From an uncultured candidate division Zixibacteria bacterium (GTDB lineage Bacteria; Zixibacteria; MSB-5A5; GN15; FEB-12), in assembly GCA_963806185.1 (NCBI GenBank), contig CAWDXE010000005.1, forward strand, positions 160,001 through 224,000: DNA of 64,000 nt, in the 5' to 3' direction. How positions within the stretch are numbered: position 1 is the stretch's first letter; each line of letters opens with the position of its first letter. Below, piece by piece: positions 22,601 to 32,106 of the stretch. The position numbers were made by a program, and so were the translations under genes. The notes under the pieces are model-generated. The model worked only from the letters and a program-made list of their open reading frames with translations, was not told the DNA's origin and ran no database searches.

Positions 22601-25600
22601 CTACCCCACCTTCCCCAGCACGCCCCGCAAATACGACAGCCTCTCCCCCTCCCCACCTTGCGCAGGTCAATCGAGATGCGCGGGTGCTCGATCAGCGAAA
22701 ATTCCATCGGCTGATCGGTCGCACGGCGCAACGCCTCCACCTCCGGGCGGGTCAGCTTCTTCCCCTCCTCAAAAAACAAATTCACCTGACCGTCGCTCAA
22801 CTTCACCTTCTGCACCTGCAGTTTCGACGCCGCGATCTTGACGGCGGTGGCGTCAAACAATGCCACACTCGATTCCGGCGGACGGCCAAAGCGGTCGATC
22901 ACTTCCTCGCGAATCTTGTCGACCTCCTCAAGCTGAGCGGCATCGGCCAGCCGTCGGTAGATGTCGACTTTCTGCTGACGGTCGGTCACATAGGTGTCGG
23001 GGAGGAACATCTCGACATCCAGCTCCAGCTTGGTGTCGGGCGGACGTTCGAGCGGGTGTCCCTTGAGTTCGGCGACAGCTTCTTCGAGCAATTTGTTGTA
23101 CAGGTCGTAGCCGACTTCCTCGATATACCCCGACTGCCGCGCGCCCAGCAATTCGCCTGCGCCACGAATTTCCAGATCGCGCATGGCCAACGCAAACCCA
23201 GAGCCCAGATCGGAGTGCGCTTCCAGCGCCCGCAGGCGCTTGACCGCGTCGGCCTTGAGCAGTCTTGATCGGCGGGGTGAGCAGATAGGCGTAGGCGCGA
23301 CGGGCGGAGCGGCCCACTCGTCCGCGAATCTGATACAACTGCGCCAGGCCGAACCGGTCGGCTCGATTAATGATGATGGTGTTCGCCGATGGGATATCCA
23401 GACCGGATTCGATGATCGACGTGCACAGCAGAACGTCAAACTGTTTCGCCATGAAGGCGAGCATGATCCCCTCGAGCGACCGCTCGTGCATCTGACCGTG
23501 GGCCACGGCGATTTTCACGTGAGGAATCGTCTTGTGCAGGAAATTGGTGCATCGCTTCGATTGTCTGCACCCGGTTATGGACGAAGAAGACCTGGCCGCC
23601 GCGGTCGACCTCGCGCAGAATGGCGGTCGCGATGATACCGCGGATCGAAATCGACGATCTCGGTGATGATCGGCAGGCGGTCCTTGGGCGACGTATTGAT
23701 CAGACTCATGTCGCGGGCGCCCATGAGCGACATCTGCAGAGTGCGCGGAATAGGCGTGGCGGTCATGGCCAGCGTGTGAACGTTGGCCTTGATCTTGGCG
23801 CAGCTTTTCCTTGTGCCGGACGCCGAAGCGGTGCTCTTCGTCGATAACCAGCAGGCCGAGATCGCGGAAGCGGATATCTTCGGACAAGCAGTCGGTGAGT
23901 GCCGACCACGAGATCGACATCGCCCGCTCGCCAGTTTAATGGCCGTTTCCAGCTGTTCATTCTTACTGCGGAAACGGGACAGCATGGCGATGCGAACGGG
24001 GAAATCGGCAAAGCGGCCGTTGAATGTCGTGAAGTGCTGCTGGGCCAGAATGGTAGTCGGCACAAGTACGGCCACCTGTTTGCCGCCATCGATAACTTTG
24101 AACGCCGCGCGAATGGCGACCTCGGTCTTGCCGTAGCCGACATCGCCGCAGACGAGGCGATCCATCGGCTTTTCATCCTGCAGGTCGCGCTTGACGTCGT
24201 TGATCGCCTTTTCCTGGTCGGGCGTTTCATCAAACGGGAACGATGCCTCGAGTTGTTTGAGGAAAACGGAATCATCGCCGAACGCCGTGGCCTTTTCCGA
24301 CTGGCGCATGGCATAGAGCTGGATAAGCTCTTTGGCCATGTCGGTGATCGCTTTCTTCGTGCGCTCTTTGAGTTTTTCCCATCCGGGGCCGCCGAGGCGG
24401 GTCAGTTCGGGAGCGGTATCTTTGCCGGAGTATTTGGCGACCCGGTTGAATTCCTCAATCGGGACATAGAGACGGTCTTTTTCGGCATACTGCAGCAGCA
24501 GACAGTCGCGACTGCGGTTATCGACGACGATTGTTTCGAGACCGAGATAGCGGGCAATACCGTAGTCGGTGTGCACGACATAGTCGCCGCGGTTGAGATT
24601 GGCGTAGTCGGAAATCGCCACCCCCTCGCGGAATTTTTTCTTCCGGACACGGCGATGATAGCGGCTGAAGATCTCGTGATCGGTGAGAACGGCGAAGCCG
24701 CCGCCGGTGCAGAGAAAGCCGCCTTTGAGATTGGCCACCTCGACGCCGGGCGAGAGATTGAGTTTTGTCTTCTCGGCGATCAGGTCGCTCAGACGCGAGG
24801 CCTGTCCCTCGTTGTCGGTGACGATGATATGACGCAGGCCCATGGCGTCGTATTCGCGAATCGCCTCGGCCAGAAGATCAAGGCGCGAAGCAAACGCCGG
24901 GTGCGGATGGCAGTCGAAGGAGATGATATCGGTGCGTCCGCCGCGGAAATGGTGGCGGTCAATGACCGTATGCTGCTCAATCCGCTGGAAGAGTTCTTCG
25001 GGATGATGATAGTAGTCACTCGGCTCGGGTAGCGGTCGACAATCGTGCTGTCAGACGATCGCGCAGTTGGCCGGCCTCGACAAGGATATTCTCCGTCTCC
25101 TGCCGGAGAGCGTCGGCACCTTCGAGATAGATGATGCCGTTACCCGGAAAATATTCGAAGAACGATCCCTGCTTGATCCCGAACAGAGGTGATAGCCACT
25201 CGAGGCCGGGTAGCTCGGGATCATTGAGATAGCGTGCCCGCAGATAATCACCATCGTCGGGGGGCAACCGATCGAGGTACGACTCCAGCGTATCCTGCGT
25301 GATCGGCACTTCACGTTTGGGAAGGATGCGTACCCGGCTGAGCTGACCGATGGTGCGTTGGCTGGCGACGTCGAACTGACGGATTGTCTCGACCGTATCG
25401 CCGAAGAACTCGACGCGTACGGGGACGTCGGAATCGGGCGTGAACAAGTCGATCAGGCCGCCACGTTTGGCGAAATCACCCACTTCCTCGACCAGTGGTA
25501 CGCGGCGGAAGCCGAGATTCACCAGCGACTCAAGCAGGTGATCGATATCGGTCTCGCGGCCGATTTCGAGATTGATGGAGGAGGCGTGAAGATGGTCGAG

Positions 25601-25993
25601 CGGAATAGTCGGTTCGAGCAGCGCGCGAATGGGCGCGACGACAACCTTGCATCGTCCTTCGAGCAAAGATGACAGTGCCGAGATGCGCTGGCCGATAATT
25701 TCACTGACCGGCGAGCGAAAATCGTACGGCAGTATCTGTCGGGCAGGAAAATGCGAGACCGACTGCGTATCCAGCAGGAAGGCGAGATCGTCGTGCAGAT
25801 CGGCAGCTTCCTCCGCTTTCTCAGTGATGACGAGGATTGGATGCGGGATTCGATGGGCGACCTCGGCGATGGCCAGTGAAGAGGCCGAGCCGGACAGCCC
25901 GGTGATGGCGGTCAGGGGATGCCGATCAATGACCGCCTGGGCGAGTTGCTCCATGGGCGGATAGGTACGCCAGAGATCCAGAATCTGGCGCAA
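22601..25993 (-). CDS. mfd: Transcription-repair coupling factor (multiple frameshifts)
   Basis: UvrB-like N-terminus ([13 protein letters not shown]), CarD/RID ([14 protein letters not shown]), [44 protein letters not shown]. Start (TTG) and stop inferred. Confidence 0.95.
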
Positions 25994-26216
25994 GCGTCCG
26001 CCGACAATTCGGGCGTTGGCAATTTTTGAACTTTCAGCCACGTACCTTCCAACACAAAAATCCCCGTCGGCCGGCGCCGGGGGTATGTTCAGCATTGTTT
26101 GACCGGGAGTATACACTGAGGGCGGACAAAAACCAAGCAGTGAAGTGGGGCGGTAGAGTGAATTGTGAGCGGGGCGTTCGCGACGACTTGATAGCGGCGA
26201 GCAAGACCGAAGGAGG

Positions 26217-27077
26217 TCAGCCGCCGGAGACCATATTGGAGAGATTTTCGCCAACTTCAATGGCGTCGAACTGGGCTTCCTTGGCTTGATAGAGCACGAC
26301 GAGCGAAATGCGTCGGTTGCGCGGGTCGGCCGGATTGCTGGTGATCATGGGGAAGCGATCGGCGAACCCTCGAACCTCGCGTACCTGTCCCCGGTAAAGT
26401 CCGGACACTTCCATGAGCTGGCGGGCCGAGTTGGCGCGATCGGCGGAGAGTTCCCAATTGGTATACTGGGGATCGCCGGCCGGAGAAATATCAGTGTGGC
26501 CTTCAATAACGACATGGTTGTTGAGGGTGCCTAATTCCCTGGCGATCGTGACCAGAATGATGGCACTCTGTTGCAGCAGCTTGGCCGATCCGGGTTCGAA
26601 AAAGGCGGGTGAGTTTTCGGACTCGTTCAGGATGATCCGCAGACCTTCAGAGGTCAACTGGATCTTGACGTTGTCTTTCAGTTTCTGGAATGCTTCGTGC
26701 TTGTTCAGTTCCTCGAGCATGGTCTTCGCCGCGAGGCTGAGGCGGCTGCGCTCTTCCTCAGTTGGGAGAAAGGTTTTCTCCTGGGGGGGGTTGACGACGG
26801 TGGTCGAAGTGGCTTCGGTTTTCAAGACGGCCGGCGAGCCTTTGAGCACGCCCGACTGACCTCGTTGGTCAAATTTCCCCGGGTCGCGGAAATAGCCGGC
26901 GACCGCCTGCTTTACTTCATCTTTCTGGCCGACCATCCACATCACCAGAAAGAAGGCCATCATGGCCGTCATGAAATCGGCAAAGGCGACTTTCCAGGCA
27001 CCACCGTGGTGACCGTGGCCACCGTGCTTTATGCGCTTGATGATAATCGGTTGCAGTTCGTTGTGTTCGTCAGCCAT
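26217..27077 (-). CDS. motB: Flagellar motor stator MotB
   Basis: HGGAWKVAFADFMTAMMAFFLVMW with the conserved Asp; OmpA-like EGHTD...NWELSADRAN...RNRRI. Confidence 0.93.
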   Translation of the reverse strand: MADEHNELQPIIIKRIKHGGHGHHGGAWKVAFADFMTAMMAFFLVMWMVGQKDEVKQAVAGYFRDPGKFDQRGQSGVLKGSPAVLKTEATSTTVVNPPQEKTFLPTEEERSRLSLAAKTMLEELNKHEAFQKLKDNVKIQLTSEGLRIILNESENSPAFFEPGSAKLLQQSAIILVTIARELGTLNNHVVIEGHTDISPAGDPQYTNWELSADRANSARQLMEVSGLYRGQVREVRGFADRFPMITSNPADPRNRRISLVVLYQAKEAQFDAIEVGENLSNMVSGG

Positions 27078-27083
27078 GGTACG

Positions 27084-27941
27084 CTATTTCTTTTTGGCTT
27101 CGTTACAGGCTTTTTCCAGTTCAAGGAAATCGGGACGAACTTCAGCCGGCAGGGTCCGGCGCGCAAACTCTACGGCGATAACACCGGCCACTCCCTTATG
27201 GAAGGAGAGCAGGGCATGTTTCATGCAGGTCAGGTATTGCTTGGTATCACCAGTACGATGGTTCAAACTGGCGGCTATTGGCCCGACAAAACCGTAGCAG
27301 CCGAGAATGCCGAGGAAAGTACCAACCAACGCCGCGCCGATCTTCTCACCGATTTCCTCCGGCGGGCCATCGATCGCGGCCATGGTGATAACCACACCTA
27401 ATACGGCAGCCACGATGCCGAGTCCCGGGAGGGAGTCGGCGACAGACGAGAGGGCCTGCGAGGGTTTCAACTCTTCCTCGTGGAGAATCTCTATGTCGCC
27501 CTCCATGAGATCCTCAAGATCGTGGGGTTGTACCGAGCCGGAAATGATGACGCGCATGGTGTCGGAGAAGAAATTCACGGCATGGTGATTCTTGAGGAAC
27601 TTCGGGTACTTCTTGAAGATCTCGCTGTCCTGGGGATGTTCAATATGATTTTCGAGACCAACCAGACCATCGCGACGGGCAACGTTGAAGATTTCGTACA
27701 TCATGACCAGGAGATCGAGATAGTCTCGCTTGGCCATACCTCCGCCAAGCACGCCGGCCACCTGGCTGATGATCTTCTTGATCACGGACAGCGGAGTGGC
27801 AATGAGCAACGAGCCCAGCGCCGCACCGCCGATGATGAGGAGTTCGGACGGCTGATTGAGAGCGAGAAGTTGACCCCCGTGCAGGGTGAAGCCCCCGAGA
27901 ACACCCCCCAGGACAATGGCAGCCCCGATGAAAATGAACAT
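27084..27941 (-). CDS. motA: Flagellar motor stator MotA
   Basis: QPSELLIIGG, ARRDGLVGLE, DSLPGLGIVAAVLG, ALVGTFLGIL. Confidence 0.93.
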   Translation of the reverse strand: MFIFIGAAIVLGGVLGGFTLHGGQLLALNQPSELLIIGGAALGSLLIATPLSVIKKIISQVAGVLGGGMAKRDYLDLLVMMYEIFNVARRDGLVGLENHIEHPQDSEIFKKYPKFLKNHHAVNFFSDTMRVIISGSVQPHDLEDLMEGDIEILHEEELKPSQALSSVADSLPGLGIVAAVLGVVITMAAIDGPPEEIGEKIGAALVGTFLGILGCYGFVGPIAASLNHRTGDTKQYLTCMKHALLSFHKGVAGVIAVEFARRTLPAEVRPDFLELEKACNEAKKK

Positions 27942-28144
27942 AGCACCGTATCCCTAACTAGCCGCCCGCGCGGCGTTTGCAGTCCCGTCCTTGTGTTACA
28001 TATATGTCGGAAGAATTGCCGAAAAGCTGAGCCAAGAGAGACGACCGACGCCCCGGAAAGCTGGCTGGAACTAACGCAGGAACAAGCAGTTAGGCACACA
28101 AATGAGCTTGGCAGCCGACACTTCAGAGATTAATATGACAGCAT

Positions 28145-29512
28145 ATGAATTCGCCGCTCAGGTTTCTCAATCGAAAATCGCTGATACTGATATTGGCTTC
28201 TGCGCTGGCCCTCATTCTGCTGGAGCCGAATCAGGCCCTGGGGGCGGGTGGTGCCGAATCGCAGCTAGTGCTTACAGTCCTGTTGGGTCTGATCGTCATA
28301 CTGGTGGCGGCAAAGCTGGGTGGTGACCTGTTCGAACGATTCGGCCAGCCCTCGGTGCTGGGCGAACTGGTATTCGGCGTAATTCTCGGCAATCTCTCGT
28401 TGATCGGGATTGACGCCTTTGGCGGCTTCACCGAAAATATCACACTGACGGTGCTGGCCGAGGTGGGGGTAATCATTCTCCTTTTTCAGGTTGGGCTGGA
28501 GTCAACCGTAGGCGACATGATGCGGGTCGGACCGACCGCGCTTTTGGTGGCCCTGCTCGGGGTCATAACCCCGTTCTTCCTTGGCTGGGGGGTCGGAGCG
28601 CTCTTTCTTCCTGATGAATCTATTTTCGTTCACATATTTCTTGGCGCCACGCTGACGGCGACCTCGGTGGGCATCACCGCGCGCGTACTCAAAGACATTC
28701 ACAAACTCGCCTCGAAGGAGGGGCGAATCATCCTTGGGGCGGCGGTGATCGATGATATTCTCGGGTTGATCGTACTGACAGTGGTGGCGGGGACGATTTC
28801 GGCGGCGGCGACCGGCGGGAGTCTTGGCTCGGTCGACGTGTTGTGGATCATCGCCAAGGCCGTGCTTTTCGTGGGTGGCGCGATATTGCTGGGCCATTTC
28901 GTCCTGGAGCCTTATTTCAAACTCGGGTTTGCCATGAAGGTACAGGGGGTGGCGCTTTCGTTTGCACTGCTGGTCGCCTTCTCATTGTCGTACCTGGCCG
29001 GGAAAATAGGTCTCGCGCCGATAGTTGGTGCATTTGCGGCTGGGCTGATATTGGACGATGTTCATTTCCGCGATTTCCAATCGCGCGACCATAAGACAAT
29101 ACACGAACTAGTCGAGCCGATCGCCATCTTCCTCGTACCGATATTTTTCGTGCGGATGGGGATGCTGGTTGACTTGCGGACGTTTGGCGATGTGAGCGTT
29201 TTGGGCTTTGCGGCGGTACTGACAGTGGCGGCGATTATCGGGAAGCAAGCCTGTTCGCTGGCGGTGTGGGACAAGACGGTGAACCGGTTTGCGGTGGGAC
29301 TGGGGATGATTCCGCGCGGCGAGGTCGGGCTGATATTTGCCGGGATTGGGGCACAGTTGATGTACAACAATCATCCGGTAGTTTCGAGTGAGACGTATTC
29401 AGCGGTAGTGATTATGGTGATTCTGACGACCTTGGCGACGCCGCCGCTTTTGAAGCTGTCACTGCTTCGAGGGACAAAACGGGCGCTTTCGCTCGACCAA
29501 ACCGCGGAATAA
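28145..29512 (+). CDS. Cation:proton antiporter (CPA2 family)
   Basis: GQPSVLGEL, ATSVGIT, AAVIDDILG, GMIPRGEVGL; many TM helices. Confidence 0.93.
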   Translation: MNSPLRFLNRKSLILILASALALILLEPNQALGAGGAESQLVLTVLLGLIVILVAAKLGGDLFERFGQPSVLGELVFGVILGNLSLIGIDAFGGFTENITLTVLAEVGVIILLFQVGLESTVGDMMRVGPTALLVALLGVITPFFLGWGVGALFLPDESIFVHIFLGATLTATSVGITARVLKDIHKLASKEGRIILGAAVIDDILGLIVLTVVAGTISAAATGGSLGSVDVLWIIAKAVLFVGGAILLGHFVLEPYFKLGFAMKVQGVALSFALLVAFSLSYLAGKIGLAPIVGAFAAGLILDDVHFRDFQSRDHKTIHELVEPIAIFLVPIFFVRMGMLVDLRTFGDVSVLGFAAVLTVAAIIGKQACSLAVWDKTVNRFAVGLGMIPRGEVGLIFAGIGAQLMYNNHPVVSSETYSAVVIMVILTTLATPPLLKLSLLRGTKRALSLDQTAE

Positions 29513-29566
29513 TCGTACTCGGAACCAAAATAATCGCAATCGGTTGGGAAAAAAGCAGTCCGGGAC

Positions 29567-29594
29567 TTGACATGGCGGACGGCGGGCATATTTT
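29567..29594 (+). promoter_or_regulatory. Putative sigma70 promoter of tRNA-Met
   Basis: TTGACA-N16-TATTTT upstream of the tRNA. Confidence 0.5.
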
Positions 29595-29656
29595 GCTTGT
29601 CCTGTCGCGAGGAGCCGGTGACGCCGGTGAGCCTAGCGGCGCCGCACAAATTTGAT

Positions 29657-29730
<74 letters not shown>

Positions 29731-29736
29731 TAATTT

Positions 29737-30003
29737 ATGTTCACTGTCTATGTCATCCGATCCCGCGAAGGCCTCAGATATATCGGCTCCACTGAGAGTG
29801 TCGAGCAACGGTTGGTCCAGCATAATTCAGGTTTCTCATTCTGGACCAAACGAGGAAACGATTGGAAGCTCGTGTACGCAGAGGAGTACACCAGTCGAAG
29901 CGAGGCACTGAAGAGGGAGAAATGGCTAAAAACGGGAACCGGCCGACAATTTCTACGGGGTGTTCTGGATTCGACGGCGACGGGAAGGCTGTCGGGTTCA
30001 TAA
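29737..30003 (+). CDS. Small GIY-YIG nuclease family protein
   Basis: VYVIRS...YIGST...RLVQHN...WKLVYAEE...ALKREKWLK pattern. Confidence 0.9.
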   Translation: MFTVYVIRSREGLRYIGSTESVEQRLVQHNSGFSFWTKRGNDWKLVYAEEYTSRSEALKREKWLKTGTGRQFLRGVLDSTATGRLSGS

Positions 30004-30045
30004 TCCGCCACGGCGGATCGCAGGTTCAAATCCTGCCCCCGCCAT
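29991..30045 (+). pseudogene. Degenerate copy of tRNA-Met (anticodon arm to 3' end)
   Basis: 30018-30045 is identical to 29704-29731 (28 nt); 29991-30007 matches 29683-29699 at 15/17. Confidence 0.9.
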
Positions 30046-30254
30046 TATATTCGCCGAGAATTTTCGCGACGCAAAAGAGCCGCTGTTCGTCCGGAATCGA
30101 ATACGGGACAAGATCGGTTCTTCATCTCGAATCACCTCATAGACACGCTGAACCCTGTTGACACGTGGTCATATCGGTATATATTTAAAGTGTCCACGAT
30201 TCTAGTGGGCAGATAACATTGCCTCCAAATGAACCCAACCTACGGGGAAATGCT

Positions 30255-32024
30255 ATGAAGCAAAGATTCCTCTTGTTGTCCGGGCTCTCCTGCTTCGCCG
30301 TGATCATTCCGGTCGGGATCTTCATGATGAGTTGCAGTAGTGATGACAATAGCCCGACTGGTCCCACCATGGCCAATGTGAACACTTTCATGGCCAGCCT
30401 TCCTGCCTGGGACGTCTTCTGCCCTCCCGCAACCGACTGCGATTCCGCGACGGGCGAGACGATCGAAGACCTCGACATGGCGCAGGGGACCTTCTGTCGA
30501 ACAACTCCGTGTTCCATCACTGAAACTCCAGAACAGATCGTGACGTATGGGACGTTCTCCAATATCCTCTGGCTTGGCGGCCTGATACAGGGCAACAGCT
30601 ACGCCGGAGGCGTCGGCTCTATGGAGGAGTTGCCGATTCGCCAGCGGGCCCCGCTTACCATCGGCGTGAACCTGCTCACCGGCGACAGCGTCAGCGCGGT
30701 GGTCCAGAGTCCGACGGCCGCCACGGTTGGCCAGGCGATCGGCAATCTGGTCGCCACGGCGGTCGGTCACGGCTACCATGGCGGATCGAGCATCTACTTC
30801 ACTCAGAAGCAGATGTACTCGCTCAAGCAGGGGATGCTGAGTCTGGGGCTTTCGGCGAAGTACATGGGTTCGGAAGTCAGCAACAAGCTGGACATCACGG
30901 CCGTGCAGAGGAAGAACACGATTACCGCCTACTTCAAGCAGCTCATGTTCGAGACATACATAGTGCAGCCGCAGACGCCATCGGCGTTCTTCTCCGATGC
31001 GTTCACGCAGGAACGCCTTCAGGAGCAAGTCAACCTGGGTTACATTGGTCCCACTAACCTTCCCGTTTACGTATCCCGCATCCAGTGGGGCCGCATCATG
31101 CTCTTGACCATGAGTTCCGATTCGTCGGTCCTCGACATGAGCAACGCTCTGAAAGCGACGCACTCTGCATTCAGTATCGAATTGAACGCCAAGTATCAGC
31201 ATATACTGCAGACCGCGGAGATGGAGGTCGTCACCTTTGGCGGTGATGATGCCAACGCCCTGGCTATGATCCGAAGCGGCAATATCAGCAGCTATTTCAC
31301 CAGTTCGCCCGACCTGACCACGGCCTTCCCGATCGCCTACGCACTCAACAACCTGGCCGATAACTCTCAGGCAAAAGTCGGTGAAACCACGACCTACGAG
31401 CTAAAGGAGTGTACTGCGGTAACGACGGCCTACTATACGGACTGGACGCAGTGGAGAAATGCCTTTACCGCCATACAGGACAGCTGCGACAACAAGTTCT
31501 TCGCCACGAACGCGACGAATATCAACAAAGCCGAGGAGAACTGGGGCTGGAATCTCGGTACCAACACACACCTGGCGACCCGCACGCTTACGTTCACTCC
31601 CGAAAACACCGGATTTGACTTCCAGTTCTATCTCCATACGCTGCAGGATAACTGTCCCTATCCGCTCACTTTCAACGACGATGAATTCTCTGCGTCAAAC
31701 ATGTTGAGCATCGGGGACGCGGACGACTGCCAGTGGGATTCCTTTGAGATCGGAGCCTCCGACTGTCGCAACGGCGCCTACGTCTTTGCCATCGGCACCT
31801 ACGTGGGCGATAACGGCATAAGCGACGACGAAAAGCTGGAGGCCTTCTACTACGATCGGAAAGTTGCGGAGATCTCGTCCGCACAAATGCCGACGGGTAG
31901 CGCACCAGTCTTCATGGGTGTAGTCTCGGCGATTCCGATCACCAGGATCGTTTTCACCGAAGGAAATGACGGCGATGACATTTACATAAAGGACTTCTGC
32001 TTCGGAGTCGCTTACCACAGATAG
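30255..32024 (+). CDS. Thiol-activated cytolysin (CDC-like) family lipoprotein with an unrelated C-terminal domain
   Basis: Lipoprotein-like MMSC; LWLGGLIQG, RAPLTI, YFKQ, PVYVSRIQWGR, di-glycine TFGGD, PIAYAL match CDC domains 1-3. Confidence 0.8.
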   Translation: MKQRFLLLSGLSCFAVIIPVGIFMMSCSSDDNSPTGPTMANVNTFMASLPAWDVFCPPATDCDSATGETIEDLDMAQGTFCRTTPCSITETPEQIVTYGTFSNILWLGGLIQGNSYAGGVGSMEELPIRQRAPLTIGVNLLTGDSVSAVVQSPTAATVGQAIGNLVATAVGHGYHGGSSIYFTQKQMYSLKQGMLSLGLSAKYMGSEVSNKLDITAVQRKNTITAYFKQLMFETYIVQPQTPSAFFSDAFTQERLQEQVNLGYIGPTNLPVYVSRIQWGRIMLLTMSSDSSVLDMSNALKATHSAFSIELNAKYQHILQTAEMEVVTFGGDDANALAMIRSGNISSYFTSSPDLTTAFPIAYALNNLADNSQAKVGETTTYELKECTAVTTAYYTDWTQWRNAFTAIQDSCDNKFFATNATNINKAEENWGWNLGTNTHLATRTLTFTPENTGFDFQFYLHTLQDNCPYPLTFNDDEFSASNMLSIGDADDCQWDSFEIGASDCRNGAYVFAIGTYVGDNGISDDEKLEAFYYDRKVAEISSAQMPTGSAPVFMGVVSAIPITRIVFTEGNDGDDIYIKDFCFGVAYHR

Positions 32025-32050
32025 GGCATACTCTGAATCCACCTTGATTC

Positions 32051-32084
32051 GAAGCCGGCGTCAGCCAAGGTTGTCGCCGGCTTC
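32051..32084. terminator. Hairpin between convergent genes
   Basis: GAAGCCGGCG...CGCCGGCTTC inverted repeat. Confidence 0.55.
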
Positions 32085-32106
32085 AGGAAACAGGTATTGT
32101 CACGTC

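Noticed and set aside
26217..27941. Zorya (ZorAB) defence system
   Set aside because: MotA is normal length with no long cytoplasmic tail, the motifs are canonical flagellar-type, and no zorC/D/E genes are adjacent. The HNH gene is separated by mfd.
31400..31460. ECTAVTTAYYTDWTQWR as the CDC undecapeptide (ECTGLAWEWWR)
   Set aside because: Spacing differs, and it lies at the linker into the C-terminal domain rather than near that domain's end; probably coincidence.
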